Shown piece after piece: positions 10,289 through 20,923 of a stretch of 64,000 nt of DNA (position 1 is its first letter; the number at the start of each line of letters is the position of its first letter). The notes under the pieces were generated by a model. That model was given only the letters and a program-made list of their open reading frames with translations, searched no databases and was not told the DNA's origin. Both the position numbers and the translations under genes were made by a program. Origin of the DNA: an uncultured delta proteobacterium (GTDB lineage: Bacteria > Myxococcota_A > Polyangia > Polyangiales > Polyangiaceae); the NCBI GenBank assembly GCA_963841435.1, contig CAWJCS010000004.1:352001-416000 (forward strand). The letters run 5' to 3'.

Positions 10289-10828
10289 GTGCCGCAGCTG
10301 TCTCGCGTCCTCTCGCTTCTCGCCGCCACCGTCGTGCTCGGCGTCGCGCTGCCGGCGCGCGCCGACGTTTCGTCGTGGATCGGCGTGCAGGCCGGGCCCA
10401 CCTGGATCGACGAGGGGAAGGGCGCGTACACGGTGCCGTCGCTGAAGCTCACGACGGGCATCGGCACGGCGCCGGGAGACCTGCTCGCGGCGGGTGGTCT
10501 TTTCCACGTCGAGCCGCAGTTCGGCAAGGGCGTGGACCTCGGCTTGCTCGCGCGGCTCGCGACGCGCGGCTACGTGCTCGGTGACTTCGGGCTCGCGCTC
10601 GACCTCGGCGGCTACGAGCGCTTCTGGGGCGTCCGCTCGGCGGGCGGTCTCGGCGCGCTCACCTTCGGCGCGCCGTGGGGCCTCATCCTGAGCGTAGACG
10701 GTGGCATCGGAACGAACGACGCCCACCACTTCGGCGTCACGTTCGGTGTGGACTTCGCGCGGCTCACCATTTACCGGACGACCGGCAAGAACTGGATGCC
10801 GAACCCGAAGCCGGTGTTCGAGCGCTAG
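10289..10828 (+). CDS. Secreted/outer-membrane beta-strand hypothetical protein
   Basis: Signal peptide ending ARA-D; alternating Gly/aromatic beta-strands. Confidence 0.65.
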   Translation: MPQLSRVLSLLAATVVLGVALPARADVSSWIGVQAGPTWIDEGKGAYTVPSLKLTTGIGTAPGDLLAAGGLFHVEPQFGKGVDLGLLARLATRGYVLGDFGLALDLGGYERFWGVRSAGGLGALTFGAPWGLILSVDGGIGTNDAHHFGVTFGVDFARLTIYRTTGKNWMPNPKPVFER

Positions 10829-10860
10829 GGTCCCGAGTCCGCCGCGACGGCGCCTTCACG

Positions 10861-12216
10861 TCACACGCGGGCGAGCGCGTCCACGAGCCGATCGAGGTCC
10901 TCTCGGCGGTGTTTCTCGGTGACGGCGACGAGCAGGCGGTCGCCCAGCGCGGGGCTCGTGCGGCCGAGGTCGAATCCGGCGATGATGTGCTCGGCTTCGA
11001 GCTTTTCGCACACGCGCGCCGCGCTGCCGCCCCGCACGCGCACCGTGAACTCGTTGAAGTACGGCGCGGCCTCGAAGCCCGGCGCGTAGCCCGGCAGGGA
11101 CACGATGCGGTCGAACAGGTACTTGGTTTTCGCGAGGCAGCGCTCGGCGACCGCGACGAACCCCGTCTTGCCGAGCAGCGTCGCGCGGATCGTGAGCGCC
11201 AGCGCCAAAAGGCCCTGATTGGTGCAGATGTTGCTCGTCGCGCGCTCGCGGCGGATGTGCTGTTCGCGCGTCGAGAGCGTCAACACGTAGCCACGCTCGC
11301 CCCGCACGTCGACCGTCTCGCCGCACACGCGGCCCGGTAGCTGCTGCAGGTACGCTCGGTCGTCGTGACAGGCGAAGAGGCCCACGCCTGGACCGCCGAG
11401 CTGCGGCGGGCAGGCGAGGGGCTGGCCCTCGCCGACGGCGATGTCCGCGCCGAGGGCACCGGGCGGCGCCGCGAGCGCGAGAGCGTAGGGATCACCGACG
11501 GCCGCGATCAAAAGAGCGCCTTTTTGGTGAGCCAGCTCCGCGGCGGGCCTCAGGTCGGCGAGCCCGCCGTAAAAGCTCGGATAGCCGACGACGACGGCGG
11601 CCGTCGCGTCGTCGATGGCGTCCGCGAGGGCGGCAAGGCTCAGCGTACCGTCGGCGCCCACGGGCGTTTCCAGCGTCGATTGCTCGCTCCGACCGGCGAG
11701 GTACGTGCGCGCCGTCGCCCGGTAGTCAGGGTGCACGCAGCCGCTCAGCACGACCCTGGAGCGCTTGGTGAGGCGGCAGGCCATGAGCGCGGCCTCGGCC
11801 GTGGCGCTCGCGCCGTCGTAAAGGCTCGCGTTCGCGAGCGGCAGCCCGAAAAGCTCGCTCACGATGGTTTGGAACTCGAAAATGACCTGCAGCGTTCCTT
11901 GCGCCACCTCGGGCTGATACGGCGTGTACGCCGTGTAAAACTCGCTGCGAAGCAGGAGCTGGTCGACAGCCGGAGGGATGTGATGGTCGTAGATGCCGCC
12001 GCCGAGAAACGACAGCATCGTGGCGCCCGTGTTCGCCTCGGCGAGCTCCGCCATGTGAGCCATGAGGCTCGGCTCGTCGAGGGCCGGCGGCACGGCGAGC
12101 GGCTCGCGGCGCCGAACGCTGTCGGGAATGGTGTCGAACAACGCGTTGACGTTCGGCTGGCCGATGACGCCGAGCATCTCGGCGACCTCTTCGGGCGTGT
12201 GCGGCAGATAGCGCAT
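10861..12216 (-). CDS. gcvPA: Glycine dehydrogenase (decarboxylating) subunit 1
   Basis: MRYLPHT start, EFYTAYTPYQPEVAQG, NASLYDG and REQHIRRERATSNICTNQ. Confidence 0.97.
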   Translation of the reverse strand: MRYLPHTPEEVAEMLGVIGQPNVNALFDTIPDSVRRREPLAVPPALDEPSLMAHMAELAEANTGATMLSFLGGGIYDHHIPPAVDQLLLRSEFYTAYTPYQPEVAQGTLQVIFEFQTIVSELFGLPLANASLYDGASATAEAALMACRLTKRSRVVLSGCVHPDYRATARTYLAGRSEQSTLETPVGADGTLSLAALADAIDDATAAVVVGYPSFYGGLADLRPAAELAHQKGALLIAAVGDPYALALAAPPGALGADIAVGEGQPLACPPQLGGPGVGLFACHDDRAYLQQLPGRVCGETVDVRGERGYVLTLSTREQHIRRERATSNICTNQGLLALALTIRATLLGKTGFVAVAERCLAKTKYLFDRIVSLPGYAPGFEAAPYFNEFTVRVRGGSAARVCEKLEAEHIIAGFDLGRTSPALGDRLLVAVTEKHRREDLDRLVDALARV

Positions 12217-12230
12217 CGAGTGCCCGGCGC

Positions 12231-12635
12231 TCAGTGCGCGGCCGCCGCGAGGTGGGCGCCGTAGCCTGGTGCGTCGAGCAGCGCACCCGCCTCGTCGGCG
12301 AGCCGGCTCGGACGGATGGCGACCATCCAGCCCTTCTCCCAGGGGTCCTCGTTGACGAGCTCGGGCTCGTTCTCGAGCTTGGCGTTGATGCGCGTGATGA
12401 CGCCGCTCACCGGCGCGAAGAGGTCGCTCAAGGTCTTCACGCTCTCGATGGTGCCGAAGGTCTTGTGCGCTTCCACGCTGTCGCCGACCTTCACGTCCAG
12501 GCTGATGAGCGTGACGTCCCCGAGCTGCTCGACGGCGAACGCGGTGATCCCGATCACGAGCTCGTCGCCCTCCGTCTTCGCCCACTCGTGGTCCGTCGTG
12601 TACTTCCGATCGTCCTTGATCTCGCTTGCGCTCAT
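12231..12635 (-). CDS. gcvH: Glycine cleavage system H protein
   Basis: YTTDHEW, IGITAFA..QLGD and lipoyl-Lys motif IESVKT. Confidence 0.97.
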   Translation of the reverse strand: MSASEIKDDRKYTTDHEWAKTEGDELVIGITAFAVEQLGDVTLISLDVKVGDSVEAHKTFGTIESVKTLSDLFAPVSGVITRINAKLENEPELVNEDPWEKGWMVAIRPSRLADEAGALLDAPGYGAHLAAAAH

Positions 12636-12702
12636 GGTGCTCCCTAAGCTTATCGCTCTTGTCGATCGCGATCTGCTCGTGCCAAAGCCTGTTCTCGTAC
12701 CG

Positions 12703-13797
12703 TTAGCCCGGACGCTTGTAAAATGGCGTGCTCACGACGGCCGCCTCGATGGGCTTTCCTCGGCAATCGACCAGAAACGTGCTGCCCACCTGGCTGCGAT
12801 CGACCGGCAGGTAGCCTAGACCGATGTTCTTTTTGAGCGTGGGTGAGGGCGAGCCGGAGGTGCAGATCCCGATCCGCTCGCCCTGGTCGTTCAGCAGGGG
12901 GTAGCCGTGCCGGGCGATACCGCGGCCCCGCATCTCGAACCCGACCAGCTTGCGCGAAAGCCCGTGCGCCTTGACCTCGACGAGGGCAAGACTGCCGAGG
13001 AAGGTCCGGCCCTCGAGCTTGACGGTCCAGCCGAGGCCGGCCTCGAGCGGATTGGTCGTATCGTCGATGTCGTTGCCGTAGAGCGAGAGGCGCGCCTCGA
13101 GCCGGAGGGTATCGCGCGCCCCGAGCCCCACGGGCTCGAGGCCTTCGCCGCGTCCCGCGTCGATGAGCGCCCGGAAGAGCGCCGATGCGAGCCCCCAGGG
13201 GGCAAACAGCTCGACGCCGTCCTCGCCGGTGTAGCCCGTGCGCGCGATGGTGCAGGGGACCCCGGCAACCTCGGCGTCCCGGAAGCGGAAGCTCTTGAGC
13301 TCGGTCGCCACGTTGACGTTCGCACCGGCCGCCCGGAGCACGGCGAGCGCGCGCGGGCCCTGCAGGGCGAGGAGCGCGGTTTCGGCGCTCGCGTCGCGAA
13401 ACCCGCACCGCCCCGCGGCGGCCCGTTCGAAGTGCTGAGCCATCTTGTCGCGGTTGGATGCGTTGCAAACGACGAGCAAATGCTCGGAGCTTCGGCGGTA
13501 GACGATGAGGTCGTCCTCGATCGTTCCGCGCTCGTTGCAGGCGCAGGTGTAGAGCGCCTGGCCGTCGGCCGCGCGCCTTGCGTCGTTGGTGATGAGGCCG
13601 TCGACGACGTCGAGCGCGCCCGCCCCCGTGAGCTCGAGCTCCCCCATGTGGGAGACGTTGAAGAGCCCGGCACGCTCTCGCACCGCCCGATGCTCCTCTA
13701 CGATGCTGCGGTACTGGATCGGCATCTCCCAGCCCGCGAAAGGGACCAGGCGGGCGCCGAGCGCTACATGGTCGTCGTAGAGCGGGGTCTTTTGCAT
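12703..13797 (-). CDS. gcvT: Glycine cleavage system aminomethyltransferase T
   Basis: KTPLYDDH, FAGWEMP, VSHMG, RTGYTGEDG and GLGARDTLRLEA. Confidence 0.97.
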   Translation of the reverse strand: MQKTPLYDDHVALGARLVPFAGWEMPIQYRSIVEEHRAVRERAGLFNVSHMGELELTGAGALDVVDGLITNDARRAADGQALYTCACNERGTIEDDLIVYRRSSEHLLVVCNASNRDKMAQHFERAAAGRCGFRDASAETALLALQGPRALAVLRAAGANVNVATELKSFRFRDAEVAGVPCTIARTGYTGEDGVELFAPWGLASALFRALIDAGRGEGLEPVGLGARDTLRLEARLSLYGNDIDDTTNPLEAGLGWTVKLEGRTFLGSLALVEVKAHGLSRKLVGFEMRGRGIARHGYPLLNDQGERIGICTSGSPSPTLKKNIGLGYLPVDRSQVGSTFLVDCRGKPIEAAVVSTPFYKRPG

Positions 13798-13919
13798 GGG
13801 TGACCCCGGGGCGTAGACCGAGCGCCGGCGTGCGACAATCCCCGCGAGGCCGGACGGGGTGCCGGCCGGTGATCCGCGGAATTTCACGGGAAACCCCACG
13901 GCATGCTACTTTTCGCCGG

Positions 13920-14672
13920 GTGTCCCGCGGCCGAGTGCTGATCATCGAGCCCGACGAATGGCTCGCGGCCCTCCTGGCGAAGTTCCTGGGGGACGCGGGC
14001 TACGCGGTCGAGCTCGCCTCGACGGCGCGCGAAGGCTTCGACCGCATCCGTGAGCTCGGGCCCGACTGCATTCTTTGCGACGTGACGTTGCCCGACATCG
14101 ACGGCTTCTGGGTCGCGCGGCGCGTGCGGACGGAGCCCTCGTCGATCGCGACCACGCCGTTCCTCTTTCTCACCGAGGAAAAGGATACCGAGTCGCGCCT
14201 CCAGGGCCTGCACGTCGGTGCCGACCTCTACATGACGAAGCCCTTCCGCAACGACGAGGTCGTTGCACAGGTCGGCGCGCTCATCGAGATGGCCAAGCGC
14301 CTCAAGAACACGCTCGCTTCCGACGGCCCCGCGTCGAGCCGCGACAGCGCGTTCCAGGGTGACATCGCGCAGCTCTCGCCTTCGACGATCCTCACGCTGC
14401 TCGAGCTCGAGCGACGGACCGGCACGCTCAAGGTCAAGGCGGAAGACGGGCGCCGCGCACAGATCGACTTGGCCGACGGCACGTTCGTAGGCGGTACGCT
14501 CGACGGTCAGCCGGGGCAGCCGACCGACGTTTTGCGTGAGGTCTTGCGCTGGAAGCGGGGGTCGTTCTCGTTCAAGCCTCTCGCCGATGGATCCGAGCCG
14601 CACGTGGGGCGCCAGAACCTCGGCGGCCTGATGCTCGAGGCCATGCGGCTCGAGGACGAATCGCACCGCTGA
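13920..14672 (+). CDS. Response regulator receiver plus DUF4388 (PATAN-like) domain
   Basis: REC motifs (ILCDVTLPDIDG, FLFLT, GADLYMTKPF); C-terminal 'FQGDIAQLS...LELERRTGTL...LRWKRGSFSF...LEAMRLEDE'. Confidence 0.88.
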   Translation: MSRGRVLIIEPDEWLAALLAKFLGDAGYAVELASTAREGFDRIRELGPDCILCDVTLPDIDGFWVARRVRTEPSSIATTPFLFLTEEKDTESRLQGLHVGADLYMTKPFRNDEVVAQVGALIEMAKRLKNTLASDGPASSRDSAFQGDIAQLSPSTILTLLELERRTGTLKVKAEDGRRAQIDLADGTFVGGTLDGQPGQPTDVLREVLRWKRGSFSFKPLADGSEPHVGRQNLGGLMLEAMRLEDESHR

Positions 14673-14682
14673 CGCGCCCGGC

Positions 14683-15234
14683 TCAGCGAAGCTGGCTGGG
14701 ATCGAGCGGGCGTCCGTCGGGCGCGCGTCCCGCCTGACGCCAACGATCAGCCTCGGTCATCGTCGCGGGCCCGTTCCTGCCGTGCGGGGTGATGTCTCGA
14801 ACGACGAGCTGGGTCGGTCGGCCGTCGCCGGCGATGACCTCGATCTCGTAGCGGCGCTCGGGGGCACCGCCGTGGATGCGCGCGCCGGGGAACACCGTGC
14901 GTGCGGCGCCGATCTCGACGTGCTCGATGTTGACGCGGTCCTTCACGTAGTTGGCGAGCGCTTCGGGTCGCACGTTGCCCTCGAGGAACGCCGAGCGGTC
15001 GAACGCGCCCTTGATGCGCATGCCCTCCGGCACGGGCAACCCGAACACCTGCCCGAGACCCGGTGCGAGCTCGCCCGGTTCGAGGCGGTCGAGGGGCTTC
15101 GCGCTCGCCGTCGGCTTGGGCACGGGCTTCGTCGGGGACGGCGACGGCGAACGGCAGGCGATCGGCGCGAAGAACGCGAACGCGCAAAGGCTCGCGAGGG
15201 CGCGGCCGCGCGGGCGCTCGGGGGCGTAGGTCAC
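14683..15234 (-). CDS. Hypothetical lipoprotein translationally coupled to pilY1
   Basis: GTG overlaps pilY1 TGA (GTGA, 15231-15234); lipobox PIAC; Pro-rich linker. Confidence 0.72.
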   Translation of the reverse strand: MTYAPERPRGRALASLCAFAFFAPIACRSPSPSPTKPVPKPTASAKPLDRLEPGELAPGLGQVFGLPVPEGMRIKGAFDRSAFLEGNVRPEALANYVKDRVNIEHVEIGAARTVFPGARIHGGAPERRYEIEVIAGDGRPTQLVVRDITPHGRNGPATMTEADRWRQAGRAPDGRPLDPSQLR

Positions 15235-18200
15235 TCGTCGATGCTAGCCCAGGCGGAGGTATAGGAAAGGGCCGGCGGCTGCGCGAGGTCGATGACCGCG
15301 GAGTTCGTCTGCGCCCCCGAAACGCTCGTGCTGCTCGTGCCGGAGCCGGTGTGCATGACGAGCTGGAAGCCCCCGGAGCTGAGCTGGGAAATCTGGTGCT
15401 GGCCCCGGAAGCCGAGCACGTCGTCGCCCAGGCTGTCGGCGATCTCCGTGTAGCAGCTCGGCTGCTGAACCAGGGAGACCCCGTAGATGACGGTATCGGT
15501 GTTGCTGCCGCCGAGGATCGTCTGCGCGTCCTTGTAGGGTGTCGAAGCGTTCGGAAAGTCCGCCACGGCCGAGCCGCCGAGGTCGAGGTTCGCGGTGTCC
15601 TCGGGCTCGATGTAGTTCATGCCCCAGACGCGGCTCGTGCCACTCTTGCAGGTCGAGGTGCCGGCTTCCGGGAGGAAGGTAGCGAAATAGAGCGCCCGGT
15701 TGAAGACGACCATGGGCCCGAGCACGCGCTCGCCGTTGTCGAGCGGCTGGTACCACGCGACCTCGGTCGCGCCGCCGGCGTCCTTGAGCGCGTAGACGTA
15801 GTTCTGGGTGTTGGGGGATGGACCGAGCTGGCCCTGGCTGCCACTCGCGACATTGAGCGTGAGGTTGCCGAACTCGTTGACCGAGAGCGCGGGCGGAAGA
15901 TCCAGCGGCTGCCCCTCGGAGAAGTCGTGGCCCGCTGCGCTTCCGAAGTTCGCCGGATACAGATCGAAGAAGAGCTCCATGGTCCAGTCGGCTGGCTTTC
16001 TCGCCGAGAGGTTGACCTTCCAGAGCCGGCCCTCGGCGTCGCCCACGTAGACGCGATCCGCGACGGTGCCGACCAGTGCTGGAAACGCAACCGGGCGTCC
16101 GGTGATCGGCGCATCGAGGTCGACCTCGGTGACGCGCGACCTGAGCTCGGCGAGAACCTCGTTCTGGTCCTGGCGGAACGTCCGGATGATTTCGCCCGTA
16201 TCGAGCCGGACGATCGTGAGTGAGCGGGCGCCGATTTCGTTGTTGCCGCTGCCGTAGTCGTAGCAGTGCACGCGCCCGCGCGGCGGGAACGCCGCGTCGA
16301 TGTTGGAGGAGGTGTACGTACGCGGTGTCGCCGGGCAGCCGGAGCCCGACGTGACCCGCGTGCCACCGGGGCCGCCCGGCAGCACCGCCACGGGGATCTC
16401 GCGGGGCGCGTTGCCGCCGCTCGGGTCGAAGAAGAGGGTCGTGATGGTCGGCGTGCTGCCGCCGCGCCCGAACAGCGGGTCACCGTTCTTGTCGTGTGTG
16501 AGCTGCCAAAGCAACCGCGGTCCGCCCTTGGTGAGATCCGTGGGGTTCGCCGCGTCGGGCACGGGATCGGTCACGTCGACCGCGAAATACCCGCTGTGCT
16601 CGCCGCCGAAGCTCTGCGCGAGGACGGCGCGCCAGGTGCCGGCACCCGATTGGGCGTCGGTCGCCGACCGCTCGAACACGGTGGGCAGCGTGTTGGCGAG
16701 CGCGGGCTCGACGGCGACGACCTCCGAGATCGTGGGAATGCCGTCGAGTAGCAGCTGATGGTTGTAAGGGTAGAGGTGGTAGAGGTTCGGCAGCACGGCG
16801 GGCGGGAACAGTGCCCAGAGCTCGTTGCTCGCAGCGTCGTTGCGCACCATCAGGTCGTCGTCGGAAAAGTCCGCCGGGTCGTTCGACGTGACGCGGAACG
16901 CGTGCAGCATGCCGTCGTTCGTTGACGTGTAGAGCACCGTCGGGCGTGTGGCCTGGAGCAAGGCGTAGCGCGCGTACGATTCGTCTCGCAGCGCCGAGGC
17001 TGCCTTGCCGAGCACCTGCGGTGTCGAGTGATAGATGTCGCCGATGAGATCGCAGGTCCCGGCTCCAGGGCAGCGGTGGCTACCGCTCGGGCCGCTGAGG
17101 CCGAGCACCCATTCGAGGTACTGATCGCGGCACTGGGACGCCGTGAGCGAGACGCCCCCGAGCGTCACGCAGCTCGCCGTCGGGACGGCGAGCGCGGCCG
17201 GCGGCAGCGCCGCCACGAAGTTCGCGGAGGTACCGGCCTGCACGCGCCCCACGTAGGTGCCCACGCCGTCCGGGTCCGTGCTGCCAATCCCAGGGCGCAT
17301 GCTCTCCGCAGAGAGCACGGGGTCGCTCGACGTCGCGCCGCCGACGTACGTGTAGAGCAGCCGCTGAGCGGGCCCGGCCTTGTTGACGTTGTGGACGAAG
17401 TCGTCGCCCTTCGAGGTGTCGAGCACCTGGGGCCAGGGGACGCCCATGTGGCTCGGATCGGAGCAGCTGAAGCGCTCGCGCTCGAGGATGCCGCTCCAGG
17501 CCGTCAGCGTGCCAGGCTGGAAGGACGTGAAGAAGCGGAACGAGCCCCCGCTGCCGCCGCCGGCGACGACCGGCTGGGTGCGGCTCGTGCTCGGCACCGA
17601 GCTGCTCAAGAGGGCGGAGATCTGGCTGCGGAGCTGGAGCTTGTTGCTCGCGAAGAGCGCCTGGCCGCCGCCAGCCACGGCGATCTGCACGAGCGAGCAA
17701 CACGCTTGAAGCGGCAAGTTGTTCGCAAGGAGTGCGGGGGTGCAGTACGTGGAAATCGGGGTCGCTGACGCCGCGAGGGACGAGCAGGTGACGTTGGGCG
17801 TCCCGGGGTTGTTGTCCTCGTCAACGCTATCGAGCGCAAAGCCGACGACGTGAGTGGTGATCTCGTGGTTGGTGTAAAGGTCCCCGGCGATCTCTTCCGG
17901 CGTCAGGAACGGGCACTTTCCGGCCGGCGTCTCCACGCCAGGCTCGCAGTACGGCCTGAGGTCCATGTTGGGCTGGCCGTCGGTGAGCAGGATGATGCTC
18001 TGCGTGCGGCCGCAGCTGAGGAACGGATCCTGCCAGGGGCCGAAGTCGGCCGCCGGATCGGAGACCAACAGGCTCGACGGATTGCGATCGGGGTCGGTGC
18101 TCTTGTCGTTGACGAAGAAATCCTCGGCGTCCTGCAGCATTCCGGCGATCGGCGTGGCGCCGTACGGCCGCGTGCCGAGCAGGACGTCCTGGATGTGGCT

Positions 18201-19060
18201 GTTCTTGATGGAATAGGCGCCGACGCCGTCGTTCGGATTGCCGAAGTTCACCATCCGACCTTCCCAGGGCGGCGCGGCAGCGTTGCGAGCGCCCACTTCC
18301 TGGTCGCTCGACGTGGCGCAGCCGCGAGGCCGTCCCGTGGCGGGCGAGTTGTTGACGATGTAACTCCAGAGCCCGGCGCGGCCACCGGCGTTGTCGACAA
18401 TGGCGGTGGTCATCGAGTTCGAGGGGCTAAAGCCCGTCTCCTTCGAGACCGCCGTGTCGAACGTCATGAGCGCGAAGCGGACCTGCTGTGAAAAGACGTC
18501 CAGGATGCCGTCGTTGCTCGGCTGGTTGAAACTGCAGGATGTGTTGTTGCTGTAGTAGTGAAAGCCGATCGCGTTCGTCGCGGGGTAGATGAACGGGTTG
18601 CCCGTCAGCGGCGAACCGGGCGAGGGCGCGCAACCGCCGCTGAGCGGACGATGGTACGGCAGCGAGTAGCGAAAGTCGTAGGGAGCCTGCCCCGCCGTGA
18701 GCGCGTACTCCGTGGAGAAGGTGCTCGAGCTGCGGTCGACGGCCTCGCAGGAATAGTTCTCGATGGTGCCCGTGAGCACCTCGACGAGATTGAATCCAGC
18801 GGCTCTTGTCGTTCACTCCGGCGGGCGTGGCCGGGTTGCACGTGACGTTCCGACCCGTCCGCCTGGAACTCCATCGAGCCCGATGTATCCACGAGCAAGA
18901 GCACGTTGGGCAGCGGAGGATTCACGTCGGTCTGCGCGGCCGCGACAGGCGCGAACAACGCGAAACCAAGCCCGGAGAGCAGCGCTGCCGAAAGGCGCGG
19001 CGCCAGCCGCGAGCGACGGGGTCGCACGCGGTGGGAAGGGGATGGCGGGGGGTGGGTCAC
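15231..19060 (-). CDS. pilY1: PilY1/PilC type IV pilus tip adhesin (vWA plus beta-propeller), apparently interrupted by two +1 frameshifts near 18850 and 18792
   Basis: AGAGGAG RBS, GTG 19060, signal peptide, MIDAS LLVDTSGSM, LLTDG, STNDGMLHAF, VYVGDAEGRLWK; removing two duplicated bases gives GSMEFQADGSNVTCNPATPAGVNDKSRWINLVEVLTG. Confidence 0.88.
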
Positions 19061-19076
19061 GTCGTTTCGATCTCCT

Positions 19077-19709
19077 CTACTGGAGCAAGCGCAGTGGGCC
19101 GATGACCACGTGAGCTCGGGTCATGTGTTGACCCGCAATCGGCATCAGGTTCGCAACGCAAGCCGTGGGCGAGCCGGAACGCTCGAGCTGTGCGATGGTC
19201 GTTAGCTTCGCCTGGTAAAACTGGAAGCCGTCGGGGCCGATCTGCTCGCCGACGACCGGCCAGGGCGCGGGAGCCACGTCGGTCGTCTCCGTGTGGAATC
19301 GGCCGGCGATGTCCGGGTACGGCCCGAAGGAATCGGCGTCAACGAGCGTGGCGCTCGTCGGCAGCACGTAGGTCGCGCTCTCCTTCTTGTAACAGGAAGG
19401 AGCAATCGAGCTCGTGGTGTTGTAGCCGAGGTTCATCCGACAAGGGTCTTTGGCCTCGAACGCCAGCGTCACGAACGTGGCCGGGTCGCTCGCAATGTCC
19501 GACAGCATGGCCAGCGTGCCGAGCTCGGCGAGGTCCTCGGTCTGCGCGGCTTCCCGTTGGTTGCCCGAGGCGCGGGCGAGCAGCGCGCTCGAGTGCAAGC
19601 TGTAAAGCCCGACGCCCGTAAGCAGCGTCACGGCGAGCACCACGACGAACAGCGTGGCGCCGCGCTCGCGGCTCCGTGTCGAACGTGGGGAGTGTCTCGA
19701 GGTCACCAT
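19077..19709 (-). CDS. pilX: PilX-like minor pilin
   Basis: RG-ATLFVVVLAVTLL prepilin-like N-terminus lacking Glu5, typical of PilX; lies just before pilY1. Confidence 0.8.
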   Translation of the reverse strand: MVTSRHSPRSTRSRERGATLFVVVLAVTLLTGVGLYSLHSSALLARASGNQREAAQTEDLAELGTLAMLSDIASDPATFVTLAFEAKDPCRMNLGYNTTSSIAPSCYKKESATYVLPTSATLVDADSFGPYPDIAGRFHTETTDVAPAPWPVVGEQIGPDGFQFYQAKLTTIAQLERSGSPTACVANLMPIAGQHMTRAHVVIGPLRLLQ

Positions 19710-20923
19710 TGCACCCCCGACTGGTTGGGTAGTGCGATCTCGGACTGGAAGGTGCGGACGCGCGCCCAGTCGAGGTTGTCGCCGAGCTTGAAGCGATAAA
19801 GGCCCCCGGCCGTGATGTTGCTGGGACGGTCGGCCTCGCGCGAGCGCACGCTGAAGCGCACCCCGACCGTGCGCACGCCCTGCGGCCGGTCGCCCGTCAT
19901 CGCCGGCGCGAAGAACTGCTGGAAGTTCGAGTCGCCCGGAATCGAGGTGACGAGCGCCGTCGTCGGCGTGGCGGCGAGCAGCTGCCCCGTGACCGAAAAT
20001 TCGGAATCGACCGCATATTCGGCGACGATGTCCGAGGACCCAGCGATCACCGCGCCGTCGGCGTCGAGCTCCTCGCGCACGAGCTCCGTTCGATCGTCCT
20101 CCCCGGGAGCGGCCGAGCTCGCGTTGAACAGGGGCGTCCAGCGGGCGTCACCTTCCGCCTTCAGGTTCCGGATCTGGTAGCGCACGATGTTCACGACGTT
20201 CGTGCTGCCGCCCGTCCCGTTGCCGCCCCGCTGCTGCAGCGGCGTGACGAGCGTCACGGAAGGGGTGGCGCCGCCGCTGACGGTCGAGATCGAGCCGAAC
20301 TGAATCCTGCCGCCACGATCGACGAGCCGCAGCAGTCAACCGGGGGCGAACACGTTGGCGAGCAACGCGTTTTGAGCACCCGTGGACGCTCCAATGTAAC
20401 CGAGCCGCGCCATCTGCGGCGTGTTGGTCTGCAGGAAGATCGTCTGCCCATCGGACTGCGCCACGGGGTACTCGTCCGTCACGGCGTACGAGCCGGAGAG
20501 GACGATCTGATCGGGCTTGATGATCTGACCCGCCGAAGCGTTGGCGGCGAAGGCGGCGTTGCTGGTTAGATTGGGCGTGTCGGGAGTGATGCGCAGGCCC
20601 GCGAGCCCTTGGATCCCCGCCGGATCGGTGCTGGTCGGCGGAGCGAGCACGAGCGGATCGTTCTGTACGTTGGGGGTCGAGAGATAGCCGGCACGCCGGA
20701 TATCGGCCTTGAGCCGTTCGAAGCCGACCAGTCCGGCGAGCGTCGCGCTCGCGATGCGCGCCTCGCGCTGATAGAAGCGCGTGGTATCGCGCGACAGCGC
20801 GAACACCATCGCCGACAAGAACAGCCCTCCGGAGAGAGCCACCATGAGCTCGACGAGCGTGAACCCCCGCCGTCCCGAGCCGGGCCGCACCACCAGTGGA
20901 CGCATGCGACGCCTCGTCACCAT
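19703..20923 (-). pseudogene. pilW: PilW-like minor pilin with an in-frame TGA at 20336-20338
   Basis: ATG 20923, RRG-FTLVELMVAL; frame continues past TGA (FAPG*LLRLVDRGGRIQFG) to 'VRTVGVRFSVRSREADR...RVRTFQSEIALPN'. Confidence 0.8.

Noticed and set aside
13798..13919. Glycine riboswitch upstream of gcvT
   Set aside because: Only about 120 bp shared with a divergent gene, and no GGAGA/CCGAAG/CTCAGG aptamer motifs
18785..18855. Phase variation of pilY1 by slipped-strand repeats
   Set aside because: The frameshifts lie in 2-base runs, not homopolymer or SSR tracts, and share the signature seen in unrelated genes
20336..20338. Selenocysteine codon in pilW
   Set aside because: Context (PG*LLR) is not a redox Cys motif; a single CGA->TGA change explains it better
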